Of a stretch of 64,000 nucleotides of DNA, positions 12,241 to 25,052 are shown in pieces; positions within the stretch are counted from its first letter, which is position 1, and every line of letters begins with the position of its first letter. The stretch is from contig NC_087452.1 of NCBI RefSeq assembly GCF_036321535.1, positions 46,314,001 through 46,378,000 of the forward strand. The letters run 5' to 3'. This DNA comes from Camelus dromedarius (Eukaryota). The notes under the pieces are model-generated. The model did no database searches. It was not told where the DNA came from and worked only from the letters and a program-made list of their open reading frames with translations. The translations under genes were made by a program, and so were the position numbers.

Positions 12241-14390
12241 TGAGGGTTTGACACACACAGATGGGGAGGCAATGAGGCACCTTAAGATTATGGAATTCTA
12301 ACCGGCTGAAATAAGGTTCCGTGGCTTTCTTTCTCAGGGACACTTGAATTCACAGCTGATGAGAGAACTGGAGAAAAATACTAGCAACATTTTACTAGGT
12401 TTTTAAAGCACCTAGGCAAGACGGGTTCTGTGCCACTGAGATACATGGGAAGCAATATTCCTTAACTTCTCCTAGAGGCCACTGACTCACGTAAAACTTC
12501 AGGATGGTCTACTATCCGAGTGGTCCTGGAGGGGAATTCCCAGCCAGCCGCAGGGAAGGTTCTGGACAGACAGTGAGCTCCCAGGTAATTACTCAGCCCT
12601 CCTCTGAACAAAGACTGGGCTGAACCCCATGCTCTTTAAGACCCGTTTCATTTCGGAAAATATTCTCAATTCCAATTCCACCGCCGCCCAAAGTCATGAA
12701 AGCTGAATAATTCAGACCCGTCCCAGCCCTGACCTGGCAGCCCAAGTTAAACAGGAGATGCTATGCTGCAGTTTGTAAGAAAACGATTCGATTTTTTTTT
12801 CTCTACTTACTGAGAAATCCACTCTTTGCAGCTTCCCAGCATGCTGTTTAAGTACCACCCCACCCCCGACCCGTGAACACCCAGATTTAAACCCAATCAC
12901 TGCAGTTGACCAGTCTTGCAAGAACAAAACAGTGTCATCTGTGCCTCACGAGGTAGGAAGGAAGGAAAATTATGTCAGGTGACGGAGGGTCACTTTCCAT
13001 TCAGACCCTAGAGGCATTTCCTCTAACTTCACGGGGCGTGTGGAGGAAATTCTGATTTAGAGCAGAGATTTTTACTGTAGCCATGGAAAGCAATGACTTT
13101 CCACATTAGACACATGTGTGTTGACTCCAAAGCCATTCTCTGGGCTCAGGTGAATGTAATAACGACAGTAATGTTAGCAGGTATGGTTACACAAAAGCAT
13201 CCTTTCGCTCCGTCAATGCCTGGATGATGTGTCATGACAAACGGTCATGAAAGATGGGTCGGGTGGTTCTTATTCTCCAGAGGAGAGAATGTTTAAGGAA
13301 CTCGCCGAGGTTGGCAGGCGGAGGCTGTAGGCTCCATGAGGGCAGGACTGTTCTGTCTGTTCTGTTCCGGGACGGACAGCCTCAGCCCAGGGCTGGCCAC
13401 ATTAAAATAGGAGCTCAATAAATGCCTGCCCACCTCGGCAGAGGCCACAACTCAGAATCAAGCTCCTGCCATCTATTTACGGTGGGTTCTCCCCAAAATG
13501 CAAACTAAGGGAAAGAAATACAGTCAATTTTAAGGAAATGGAAGTAGAAAGCATGCAGAGTGTGGTCTCAGCCTCATGTCAACAGGGATCCATTTCCAGA
13601 AGGGCTGGGAGAGGCTCTGACTGGGCTAGCAGCAGCCCAGCCACCTTCTTCTCGTTGGCATCAGATGACGGACAAAAAGGCATGCTCAGATTCACTCTGG
13701 TGTCTAAGACAACACCGCACGCTCTGAAACCTCCCCCTTCACGCTGGTTCAAGCGGAGGAAGTGGAACAAAAGAGAAGCAAGTGTCAAGCTTTGTTCGGG
13801 CTTCAAGAAAGGACAACAAAGGGTAGGAAATCTGAAACGAAATCTGAGAATCTGCCCTTAGACGGGGCAGCTGTGCGTGTTTTGTCCCAGCGTGGTGGGA
13901 GGAGAGAGGGAGATGGTCTCTGCCCTTCCTGGACATCACTCAGGGCTGTCAGGACCTCACTGTTACTTGCAGGAGGCAGCCCAGAGGGCTCCGGGGAGCT
14001 CAGTCGTTGTGAGCGGTATGATGCCATCTTCTGAGGAGTGAAAAGTCAGTGGCGCTCCCCCGGGCCTGCAGCCCCACTAACGCCGGCAAGAGAAAGCGGC
14101 GTTCGCAGGATGCAGCTGCCTGCTTGTCAACAGGCTGCGGCAGCGTCACGACAGATCCCAGCCGTCTTTTTAATCCAGAAAAACGAGAACCGCAAAGTCC
14201 CGGAGTTGCGCGCCTTCTCGCTTTGTACTGGAATCCAGCTGGCCGCCTCCACCGATGAGCAGCGGTCACATGAGCAAACTGAAATTCCATTCCCCACTGG
14301 GGCCAAGGGTGGAATACTTTAACTTCAGCTTTGAAAGGTTCTGCATTACCTGCCACTAGGAAGTCAAAACTACAACACTTTCTGGTTCTT

Positions 14391-14524
14391 TTTTATGCAT
14401 TTTTTTTTAGGGGGGAGGTAATTAAGTGTATCAATTTATTTCTTTTAATGGAGGTACTGGAGATTGAACCCAGGACCTCGTGCATGTTAGGCATGCACTC
14501 TACCATGGAGCTATACCCTCCCCC
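14391..14524 (-). mobile_element. Vic-1-like SINE (left unit of tandem pair)
   Basis: Full consensus match. Confidence 0.9.
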
Positions 14525-14526
14525 AC

Positions 14527-14661
14527 TTTTTTTTTTTTTTAGTGGGGGGAGGTAATTAGGTTTACTTAGTATTTATTTATTCTTAGAGGAGGTACTGGGG
14601 ACTGAACCCAGGACCTCATGCATGCTGGGCATGACTCTATCACTGAGCTATACCCTCCTCC
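14527..14661 (-). mobile_element. Vic-1-like SINE (right unit of tandem pair)
   Basis: Full consensus match; the pair is flanked by 13-bp TSD CTTTCTGGTTCTT (14378-14390 / 14663-14675). Confidence 0.9.
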
Positions 14662-15837
14662 GCTTTCTGGTTCTTAAGAAGACTTCTTGGGCAAGTTCTT
14701 CAAGGCAGCGAACTTTTGCCCCCTCCCCTCCACTCAAATAATCTTATTCATAAAACCTCCCCAGCGATGGAGGGAAGGCCAAGATGTGTAAGAACGCTGA
14801 TGGCCCCGGAGGTGATCGAGAAAGCACATTCTGACTCTGCATTTCTGTCTCTTACCCATCTCAGGCTAATATTTTTACCAACACCAATGGGGGTGCAGAC
14901 CGGCTCCGTTTCTTTGGAGTCCAACGTAAAAGAGATGTGTGTCTATCCTTGTAAAAAGAGGGAAGCAAAGATGAGAGACAGGGGTGGGGGTGGGCTTTGC
15001 AATGGCTTTAAGATGTCATGCCCCTATTTACAATGTGCCAGCAACTCGAGCATTAAGCCTAAGCTACATGGGCTGGTATTCAGGGCTCCCAGAACCTGAC
15101 TCCCTTGCTGCTGAACAAACCCCTGGTCAGAAACCCTTTGGTATGTTAACTCCTTCAGCCTTCCCCACCCCCAGCATTTCTACCTCCCCACAGGATCTAA
15201 CCTCGCAAGGCCAAGGGACCACCCCCAAGGGGGCCCGCCCAGGCCCCAGGAAGAGTTCAGCATCTCTGCCAGCAGCCTGAGGTTGACTGTGACCAGGAGA
15301 AGGACTCAGAGCATGGCCTCCAAGGATGTCCAGTGCCCGGCGCTGTCCACAAGCAGAGGCCCCAGGGCGGTTAGCAGGCTGATGGCCCATGGGGCTGCGG
15401 TCAGGAGAGCTGGAGCCCAGCCTCTGTGTGGTCGGTAGGCATACATCGCAGGCAGGCATCTTTCCAGCTCCCCTCTGTTTCCTTGAAGCGAGTGCAGAAG
15501 TCTAACCTTGGCTAACAAGTGGTCAGTGGTACCCTGGAGTCGTGTCCAGCCTTTCAGAACCAAGTCAACTGTTTCTTCCTTTGAAGAGTCTCCGACCTCC
15601 AACCTGACCCACAGCACTGTTCTCCTTTGGCCTTGACTTTTAAGCGACTTGATTGTGAGGTGGGCTTTTACAGAGGCCTGGATCTACCCTGCTCTGCAGG
15701 TGAGTTTCCAGAAGTAAAGGGATTTTGATTCTCCTACAAATGGTACCTAAAAGATGACAATGTCTTTGCTGGAGGACATCAAGGGAGTACCCTGGTCAGA
15801 TTCTCCATTTGTAACCCACCTGGGTTAGGTTACAGGA

Positions 15838-16020
15838 GCGTTTTTCAACCTGGATTCTGCAGGAGAATCACCTGGGGATCTTTTGAAACAATATTTGATG
15901 CCAAGGCCCTACCCCCAGGGCAAATGAATCAGAACTCTTATGGGTTTGGCTCAGGCATTGGGATTGTTTTAAAAACTCCCTGAATGATTCTAATGGCAGC
16001 CAGACTTAAAAACAAATACC
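15838..16020. mobile_element. MER5A/B-like hAT MITE
   Basis: TTTTCAACCT..AGAATCACCTGGGGA..AATGAATCAGAA..TGATTCTAATG.CAGCCAG. Confidence 0.7.
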
Positions 16021-17488
16021 ATTCAAGAAGGACTGATTCTATATGGAGTGAAGAATTCGGCAGGGACACACTTAGGGGTTAGAGATGGGGGCCTGAGTAC
16101 TGGACAGAGGTGGGCAGGCCTGCAAGCCATGGTTCTCAACTTCGCCTGCTGTTGGGAAGATCAAAGACTGCATTATAACTGAACCTTATTATAAGTGTAC
16201 ACAGGTAGGGTCAAGTCCAACCCAAGTCATCTTCTTATGTGACTCATAAGAAATGGTTCTGGGATGAGGCAGGGATCATAAACAGAAATGGCTCCAAGGC
16301 ATTAGGTTATTTTGCACATTCTTCCAGAAAGACCATTTTGAGATTAATTTTTTAAGTACAGATTTTACAAGTTCCTATCATTTTAAAGGGTGGAAATGCT
16401 CTGCCAATCACCCGGGGGACAATAAACTGAAAGGAAGGTCTGTTTGAAAGATCTGAGCCGCAGGTTTCCTGTGAACGCTGAATTTCTAAAGTGTTTTGAC
16501 CCCGTGAAGCAAGATGAATAGTAAGTTCAAGGAGACAAATGTGAGAAAGTGTATCTCCCTTCAGATAAACTGGCCCAGAAGTTAACAAGATACACAGTTC
16601 CTTTGGTCAGAGTTAACGGTCGTAGATAAGCTTTTCCTTAAGAAAAGCACAAAGCTAAGCAGATAAAAACACGCAGAAAAAGGGTTCGTTGTAAGTCAAC
16701 ACATCCCTGCAACTTAATTTCTCTTCCTGTTCTTTGTGATATTTTTCTTTTTTATTCGATTAAACCCAAATATATATTCAGCACCATCTAGATACCAGGT
16801 CCCAGAGAAGACCATTTCTGAAACGTTCAAAATTTGACTATTTTCCTTAGTACCATTACATTTGCCTTAAGAGGAATCAGTATGTAAGAATTACAAGTTT
16901 TTAAAGGATTATATCAAAGGTAGTACTCCAGAGGATTTACTATAAAATCCCCTTTAAAGAGAAAGTGCATAAAAAGGTAACCCTGAAATGTATTGCAGTT
17001 TGAAGATCATCTCTCCAATTACAATATAAATCCATGAACCCAGTCGTTATTTACAGAAGCTCATCCGTTCTAGGAAACATTTGTGGATGACTGTGGATGG
17101 ATGCGGTGCAGGAGAAAGAGGTCCCTGTCACGGATGGCGATGAGGTGCCGCTTTAATGCATTTCCTTAACCAAAATGAAGTAAAACGACATCACAACTCA
17201 ACTTCTCCTTTCAGGTGGTGGGGAAGCAACACTTATGCAGACCAAGCTGCAGCAGGCTGGACCAGACACGAGCTGTGTGTGCTGCCAGCCCGAACCCAGC
17301 ATCCTCTCCTCGGGGTCATCCTTCACCGCAGCCTTTGATGATGCCACAGTCACCCGAACGGACCTGGCGACTCCTCAAGGTATAACTTCTATCATAGCAA
17401 AGCACTTTGACTAAGGATTCGATGTCCATGTGACTCATGTTCTGCCCGTCAAAGCAAGTTCTGCCCTCCCTCCGGATTGACGTTGGTC

Positions 17489-17614
17489 TTTTCTTTTTTC
17501 TTTTTGGGAAAGGTTTATTTATTTAGTTACTTTTGGAGGAGGTACTGGGGATTGAACCCAGGACCTCGTGCACGCTAAGCACACATTCTACCACTTGAGC
17601 TATACCCTCCCCCC
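17489..17614 (-). mobile_element. Vic-1-like SINE
   Basis: Consensus match; degenerate TSD gacgttggtcttt / gatgttcatcttt. Confidence 0.9.
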
Positions 17615-18104
17615 AGATGTTCATCTTTAAGAAGGACATCCCAGATGGTCCTTGACCTCTGAGCCTGTCTGGGGAAGATGCGTCCTTCCTCCGTAATGAC
17701 ACCCATGCCCCTGACTATATTTGGCACCTCAGAGCTCTGGGAAGGAGCAAACCTACAGGACTGGAGTGAGTGCCACTGGCTTTTAGAAATGGCGACGTCT
17801 CACTGTGACAGTGGTGACATAACCCTCAGGAAAGGCAGACCGCACAGTATTAAAAAGAGAAACTGTCCCCACAAGAGAAGGGGAAAGAGAGAAATGACTC
17901 ATGACACAGGCCGAACTCCAGTAAGACTGGTGGACCAAAACCCTCAGAGAGATGGCTCACAGGCGGGAATTCTCCTAAACGCGGCTTCTCAGGTTCGAGG
18001 CAAAGAAGAAGGCCTCTGATGTCAACCCCTCCATCCCCGCTTCTACAGTTCAGCTACAGAAACGGAAAAGCATGACTGGACCCGAGTTTTGATCTTATAT
18101 TTAC

Positions 18105-18224
18105 TTAGAAAGTAAGCAGTGACGGAATACAGTGACTGAAAGTGGCCGAGCGATGAAAAGACAAATTGGTGACACTCTGTGGTGCCCCATGTGGTTTCGT
18201 CTCTCTGGGTCTCCAGCCCCACGT
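18105..18224 (-). CDS. TGFBR2: Candidate alternative cassette exon homologous to the TbRII-B insert; 120 nt, frame-preserving
   Basis: CAG| acceptor at 18225-18227. In phase 1 it reads DVGLETQRDETTW..., versus human TbRII-B DVEMEAQKDEIIC.... First plausible donor is CTAA|GTAAAT at 18104, with no stop codon. Inclusion is not shown. Confidence 0.55.
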   Translation of the reverse strand, partial: TWGWRPRETKPHGAPQSVTNLSFHRSATFSHCIPSLLTF

Positions 18225-19799
18225 CTGTCCAATGGGACAACTACACCCACCTCAGAGGGCTGCTTCTGAGGTGCCACATGCCACGCAAGTGAGCGTGTTC
18301 CACAGGTCACAACGCCCTCTATTAAAAGACGACTGTAGCCACACGTGGTCAATGTATCTTCTTCAGAGTGATCAGACGAGATGTTTCCCACTGGTCTTCT
18401 CCCCCTGTCAGTCTTACTGACAGCGCAGTTATTCAGATCACTTCTGTTTTCTGTTTCCCTGGCACTGGTTTTCCATCTGCCTCGACAAGTCAGCGAGTGA
18501 CTATTCTTCCAACGTTTGCTGTGCTTTTGATTTTCATGGAACAGCTGTTTGAACAATGAAAGATGTTTTCTATGTCCCCAGGAGACCGGCACCAAAGAGG
18601 GCTGTGGGCAGAAAGGTTCACTGAAATCAGGCCCTCCCACTGCACCCAAGCTCACAGTGTCCGGAGGCGTATGTGGTTGTCAACCAGCACGGCCCTCAAC
18701 CACACACTCCCATCAGGGACCAACCAGGACTGCATCTCTGGCCGCCCGGCGTGACTCGGGAGGGGGAGGGGGGTGGACGAGAAGAGACGCCGCACTGATC
18801 AGACTTTGCCAAGATTTTTCAGGGGCTTCCTCTGAAAACTCTCCTGAACATAAATTATTTTAGACTACGGGTTCTAATCAAAACAGTACATGGTATCAGA
18901 GGTCAGGGATTGTTTGGGGCTTCCTTTTCCAGAATTTAAAGATAAGTGTATAAATAAAGATATACAGGGAAGAACAGAACTGTTTTGACGGGCAGATCAC
19001 CAGGCATCTAGCATCCAGTCCACTGCTGGACTCCACACAAGTTACAGGCTTAGAGCCGACGGGGTGAAAGGTGATTGTGGCTCCAAGAGTTATTCCACAA
19101 GTCAATATTGAACTTAAGAAATTAGATTCCCTCCTGTGCCTTGAAGATACTATACGCATCTCATTTATAAACTGGTAATAGGAAACACTTTTGAGTTTGG
19201 CAAAATGCTTCTCTAAGTGCTGAATAAATGTAAGTGATTATATAATTGCCACAAACATCCTCACCAACAGCCTCATCGAAATCTTGGAAGACTGATGTTC
19301 TCGGCAGTTTTGAAAGCTAACCGATGGCACATCAAATGAAAAGCCATTCTATTTGTAGTAAGTGCCACAGGATATTGAGACACACATTTCTTCTTTGACC
19401 TCCTTTTACCCCATCGATACAGCAGATAGGGCATAGCTAGTCCACATCTATGTGATTTTATGAAGTCTGAGGTTGCTCCAGAATTTCCATCGAGAAGGGT
19501 TCATGGGTGATGACTCAGCTGGAAGGGAGGCAGGAGACGTGTCTGGAAACTACGCTGGTCCAGGAACCACACGCGCACCGGTGCCCGGAACGCACCTCAA
19601 CCCCGGCCGGCCCTGCTGGGGCCTGTGGAGACCATGAGGATGGAGGCCCCCTAAGCATATGAGATGGTTTCCGTCCAGCAGGTAGAAGGCCTTCAGCCCC
19701 TCTCCACTGCACCAGCACCCCTCCACTCAACTGCCCCTTCTCCAAGCTTTCCAACACAGGAAATAACCTATGAGTCACAAAATGAAAGGCAGGACTGGC

Positions 19800-19825
19800 A
19801 AAAAAAAAAAAAAAAAAAAAAAAAA
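19800..19825. repeat. Poly(A)26
   Basis: Direct read. Confidence 0.95.
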
Positions 19826-22800
19826 GGTCCTAAGTCAGATAGTCAGATAGTACGATTTACTTTATGACTTTTTCTGGGCTCAACAGTCATCACAGGTTGG
19901 GCCCTCTACACAAGAGTCCCACAAGCTGATAAATGAATCAAAGGCAGACTGATGGATGGAAAAACAACAGCCGGCAACACCCACGGATGGCAGCTCCCCC
20001 AAATTCACAGAAGCTAAAGGTTGAAGACCGAGAGGAACCCTCTACTGTAAAGAGTGATCAGACCGTCCGCAGTTTCCCACGAGCCCGTGGATCTCTCAAA
20101 CAACACTCCAGGTGGTTATAACTAACCAAGTCGCTTGATGACACACTTGAGGGAAACGTAAGCAGCCTACCAAAAAAAAAAAAAAAAAACCTTATTACCC
20201 CCATGTTGGATTTCCAAGCAGAGTCCCTGGCCTTTAGCAATCATGAGTTCCCAATAGCAACAGTCTTTTAGCATGCTAAGTGCAAGGGGGAAGCAGACGG
20301 ATGGCTCTCCCGCAACGAGCTTTCCTTCCAGGAAGGGAGTTAAGACACACACACACACATCCATCCCCAGGCAGCTTCCAACCATGGCCATCGGAGAGAG
20401 AGCCAGGGGACAAACACAGGAAGTCTGACTGCAGACCCAACAGAAGAAGTGGGGTTTGGCCAGGCCTTCTTTCAAAGGAGCGAAGGTGTTGGAGGCCATG
20501 AGGAGAGAATGAGAAAGCTTCAAGGAGCAGAGCGGTAACAACACAGAAAAGATGAGTGGAACCAGGGCCTGAGACAGGCACCAGGGCAGAACCGGGGCTG
20601 GGGGAGAGGCTGGCCTCCTTCAGACATGCAGTCATCAAAGTGATGCTCGGTCCCATCTGTGCATCCCAGGAGCCAGGGATGCAACCCCGACCTCAAAAGG
20701 GATGCGAGGACCATGCAGTCACCTGGGATCCAGGGAGAGGGTCCAGGGAAGGGTTTCCAGCAGGGGCCGCCTATCCAACATGACACCTGGCAGGCAGTTA
20801 ACTGACGGCAGTGTATGTATGTGGAAGAGGAAAGGGGGCAAGGGGTGTCCATGGGCAGAAGCCAACGAGGAGATCCTTACAGATGACAGAAAAGAAGAGT
20901 TCAGACTTGCGCTGCGGTAGCATAATTTCAGAGCAAAAATGAAACCAAATGGTTATGCATTTCCTGTAACGAGGTTCCTATTGTAAATAAGGTCTGATTA
21001 AGAGAGTCTAGGTTTTAAGATTTTAAATTTCTTCTGATAAATAAGTTGGGATTTGATGGAACAGGAAGCAGTGTGAGACGTCGGTTGCAATGGAAAGTTT
21101 TTTCTGGTTTTTTGTTTTTTTGTTTTTTTTGCCAAGTATAGTTAGGATGTCAAAAACAAACAAACAAAAAAAAACAAAAAAAACCCTTTCCACGGACCGT
21201 AGTATTACTGGAGCAAATGCTGAAAATACGCACCTGACTCTGTATTTCCCTTCAAAGACATTCGTGTTTGTTCTGCCAAACCCCCGGCCCCCTAAAATGC
21301 CCCGTTTTGACAATGCTATACCTTTGAGAGGCTCATAAGGCCTTTTCACTTCTTTGCACTGTTCTCATATCCTTGTTTCCTTAAAAAGGCTTGAGAAAGC
21401 CATGGATCACTCAAAATATTTACCATCGTAGGAGAAAACATGCAGATAAATTTCACCTTGCCTCGTGTTCTCAACACACAGAGGAAATGCAACCGAGGCC
21501 CTGGGAAATGTTTAAAAAAAAAAGTGTCTAAGTGAAATCGGAGAGAAGTTGAATGAATAGAGCTACAGTTTCCTGCAGGAAAATACAAGCCACGAAAAAC
21601 TGAATTTCCCCAAGGAAATACAACACTACGATTACAGACAAACTCTTAGCTTTCTCATTAATGAGCAATCTCTCTAGCCCAGGGAAAATACGATACAGTC
21701 AACAAAACCTAATTCTGTGCCCAAAGGTGCGTTGCCGGTGACAGGTCCACCCCCAGCACTGGAAAGCCCATGTGCTATAGGTCACAAGGTTACAAGTTAT
21801 AAATCAGGCCAGCAAAGTGCTCAGTAAAATGGGTTTTATCCTTCTCCTTTGATTGACAAACACATCTTCATAACATCTGCAAGATCAAGTTCAACTTTCA
21901 AACTCCTGAACAGCTCAGAGTCCAGCCCTCTCACTGGATGGTGTGGGAAAACGTGGTCCCAGGTCTGGCCAACGACTTAACCCTCCTCTTTCCACTGCCT
22001 GCTCTCTCTGGCACCAAGAGGTACCTTGTGAGAGGTGTACGGACATCCAAGTTTTAGCCCTCACACCCCATACCCCCCTTCACAGCCGTCCCTTTGCCCC
22101 CCGGCTCAGGCCCCCAGACCAGCGGCTATGAAGGCCCTCAGGAAGATGGGCCCCAAGATCCTAACAGCTGGTCCACCAAGGCCACCTGAACGGTGAACTT
22201 CGGGTTCCCAGTACCTGAAACGTCATCTAGAAAAGGGGGAGGACTCTGGACTCAGAGGCCCACAGTCTCCTCACCCCACAGACAGGGGCCTGGTCAGAGA
22301 ATAAAAGCAGCGCCCTCTAAAACCCAAGCCAGAGGCTCCATTTGCCCGTATACTAGGCCCATCTTTCAGCTGAGCTGAAAAAACTGGGGGGGGGGGGGAT
22401 AGAAAAAATACATCAGAAAAGAGAAAACATATATAAAATAAAGAGCAGCGTGTCCTGACAGCAGGCAGCTTCTCCAGGTACAAACTCACCCATCACAGGC
22501 ACCTGCCCTGCGCTAAATCCACCCTAATGATCCAAAGCTTTGGTCCTGCCAACAACATACAGACACTAGGGAGCCCTAAGGACCTGAGCAGAGATGCTAC
22601 ATTGACCACAGGCGAGGAGACAGTTGCTTCGTGTTCACGGCCAAGACCTAAAAGTAAAAGGCAAGTCCCTTTGGGAGGAGAAGAGTATTAACCACCTAGA
22701 CGCTTTCCAGTGCGTTGGACCTCAAAAGTCAAACCACCCCTCTTCGTTATGCTAGATAAAGTCTACTTTTTCTGTCCTCACCAGCAGTAGTCTGAAGTCT

Positions 22801-24218
22801 GTGCACAGATCCTGGTCCTGCACGCCTGGAATCTGGGGTGGACAATACACATCTCTAAAGACTCTGCGGGTCCAAATGGTATAAATGGCCAAAGCTCAGG
22901 TCACCCGTGGTGGGTCCCGCCACCAAGACCCCACTGTCAGACTAGGCACAGTAGAGATTGCCTGGGCAAAGAGACCACCCCATCTGGATTTTCTGTAGTA
23001 CACCGACATTCAGATCAGAGGCAGATTGTGCAAGCAAAGCACATCCTGATCTCAGGGGCACTGGATGGATGCTGGATGGTTAAAGTTCCCCCTTTCTGAA
23101 TGTGATGCCCCTTTATCCATGTTCTGTGGAAATCAGCTACATCATGCCATGCAGTAGCCAGGAAGTACGTTTCTCCTTCGCCCTCTTTTAAACTGTTTCG
23201 GGTGGTTTGCGTCACACCTATATAGTACCCATGCGGCTCGTCAGCAGACAGCGGCTGCCCCAGGGCCGCACTTCCCTTAGACCAACCCTGCTTCACTGCT
23301 TATAAACCAAAACAGAAGACCCTGATGAAAAAAGAAACTTCAAAGCTAAATTTAGATTTCAGCATTTCATTTTTTAATGAACACAGCCTTCGAGAAGGAG
23401 TGGGGGAAGCAAAATCAGTATTTATTGGAAATTGGAAGTCTTTGGCAAACCTTTTAAAAAGTTTTGCCAATGGCTCTGAATGTCCTCCACTAACTCAAAA
23501 TGCTTAAAGGGGCTGGATGAAAACGTCTAGCATCTTTCCACCGTGTTTGTCAGAGGTCGAAGCATCGTTTTCCATAGCTCATCGGGATAAAAGAACCAAT
23601 TACATAGTATAAAACAGCCAAATTGCCTATTGAGATCAGAGCCAAAACTATTCTCCCTGAAAGTACAGATTCTACCATTCAGACCAAATGCCCAATACAC
23701 AGTGACTGCCTGGTGGCTAAAAGGCTCCACTGGGTGAGACCACCTCCAGGAGGGTGAAGTCGAGGCTCAGCTCATCATCTCCTGGGCACTAAGTGATGTG
23801 CCAGGCGCCGGGGGAGACCCTGGAGACAGAGAAATGAGTCAGACAAACCCATTGCCTTTGAGAAAATTAAAGGCCTAACGGGCAAGAGTCATGTAAAGAT
23901 ACCATTCCGCCTTGCTATTGTTAACATGCCAAAAGAGAGGCCTGGGGAGGGAACCTTCAGTGCCCCCCAAGGCATTCAAAGCAGGTTTCCTTGAGAAGAT
24001 GACCCTTAAGTGAAGACTTAGAACAGGAGTTTAAATGATCCCAGTAGCAGGAGTTCCACGCAGACAGCAGCACGGACAAGGCAGAGCTGCCCAAACCCCC
24101 AGGGTGAGCACGCAGGGTGAGGGGTCTGGACCAGAAAGTGTGCATGTGAGGCTGAAGAATCAGTCACTGGGGACCTTGTTAGGGCTGGTTAAGGAGTTAG
24201 TAATAATAGTGGACACTG

Positions 24219-24420
24219 ATATTTACTGAACATACACTACCTTTAATATGTGGGCATGATGCTAAGCACTTTGAAGCATTATTTGATTTAATCCTCACCC
24301 TAACACCTTAATCCCCATTTCACAGATGAGGGCCCTGAGGGGTAGGGAAGCAAAGAAGCTGTAACAGGCTACACAGCCAGGAAGCAGAGATGGGTCTGGA
24401 ACCCAGGATGGCCTGAATCC
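24219..24420 (-). mobile_element. MIR
   Basis: TTTAATCCTCAC..CCCCATTTCACAGATGAGG..CTGAGG core. Confidence 0.7.
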
Positions 24421-24907
24421 ACAGTGTGTCCCCTTCCCTCTTCTACCTCCATCCAGCCTCCCTCAAAGGAAAGACTGGATGGACACACTGGACCGATCTT
24501 GCCAGCTACAGGATGGAGAAGTGAGGTGGCCCAACTGGGGGCCTGGAACAAGGTAGGTATAGAAAAGATCAATGGAAACACATGTGCACAGGGACAGTGG
24601 GGGACTGGGAAGAAACAGCACGCACCCCCTCCCCCGACAGCAAACTCAGCAACAGAGTGGGCTTCTGACAAAGGGGTCCAGGGTCCCTAGTGCTTCCAAG
24701 CACACAGGGTTAAAATCTGCATCCTTCCCTCTGCCTCAACACGCTCCCACATGTTAGACTCAGTGGAAGCAAAGACTTGTTCACTTGGATGCTGTCTCCA
24801 GGTCTAAGCCTCCTGCCTGGTGATGTTCTAAACATACTGAGGAAAAGGAAGAATGAGTGACGGCCACAGTGGCACCAATGAAGTGTCAGTCTTTTTTTTT
24901 CCTTGAA

Positions 24908-25052
24908 TTTTTTTGTTTTGTCTTTTTTTTTTTTTTTTTTTGAGGGGAAGGGTAATTAGTTTTATTTATTTTAATGAAGGTACTGTGGATTGAACCCAGG
25001 GCCTCGTGCATGCTAAGCACACACTCTACCACTGAGCTATACCCTCCTCCCC
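24908..25052 (-). mobile_element. Vic-1-like SINE
   Basis: Consensus match, long T tract; short TSD cttgaa. Confidence 0.9.

Noticed and set aside
15306-15617. 103-aa minus-strand ORF as a possible processed pseudogene
   Set aside because: No recognisable protein family, poly(A) tail or TSD.
22305-22325. Partial CTCF-like TAGAGGGCGCTG (also near 26855-26875)
   Set aside because: Lacks the near-invariant core C (or core G), so it is a weak match.
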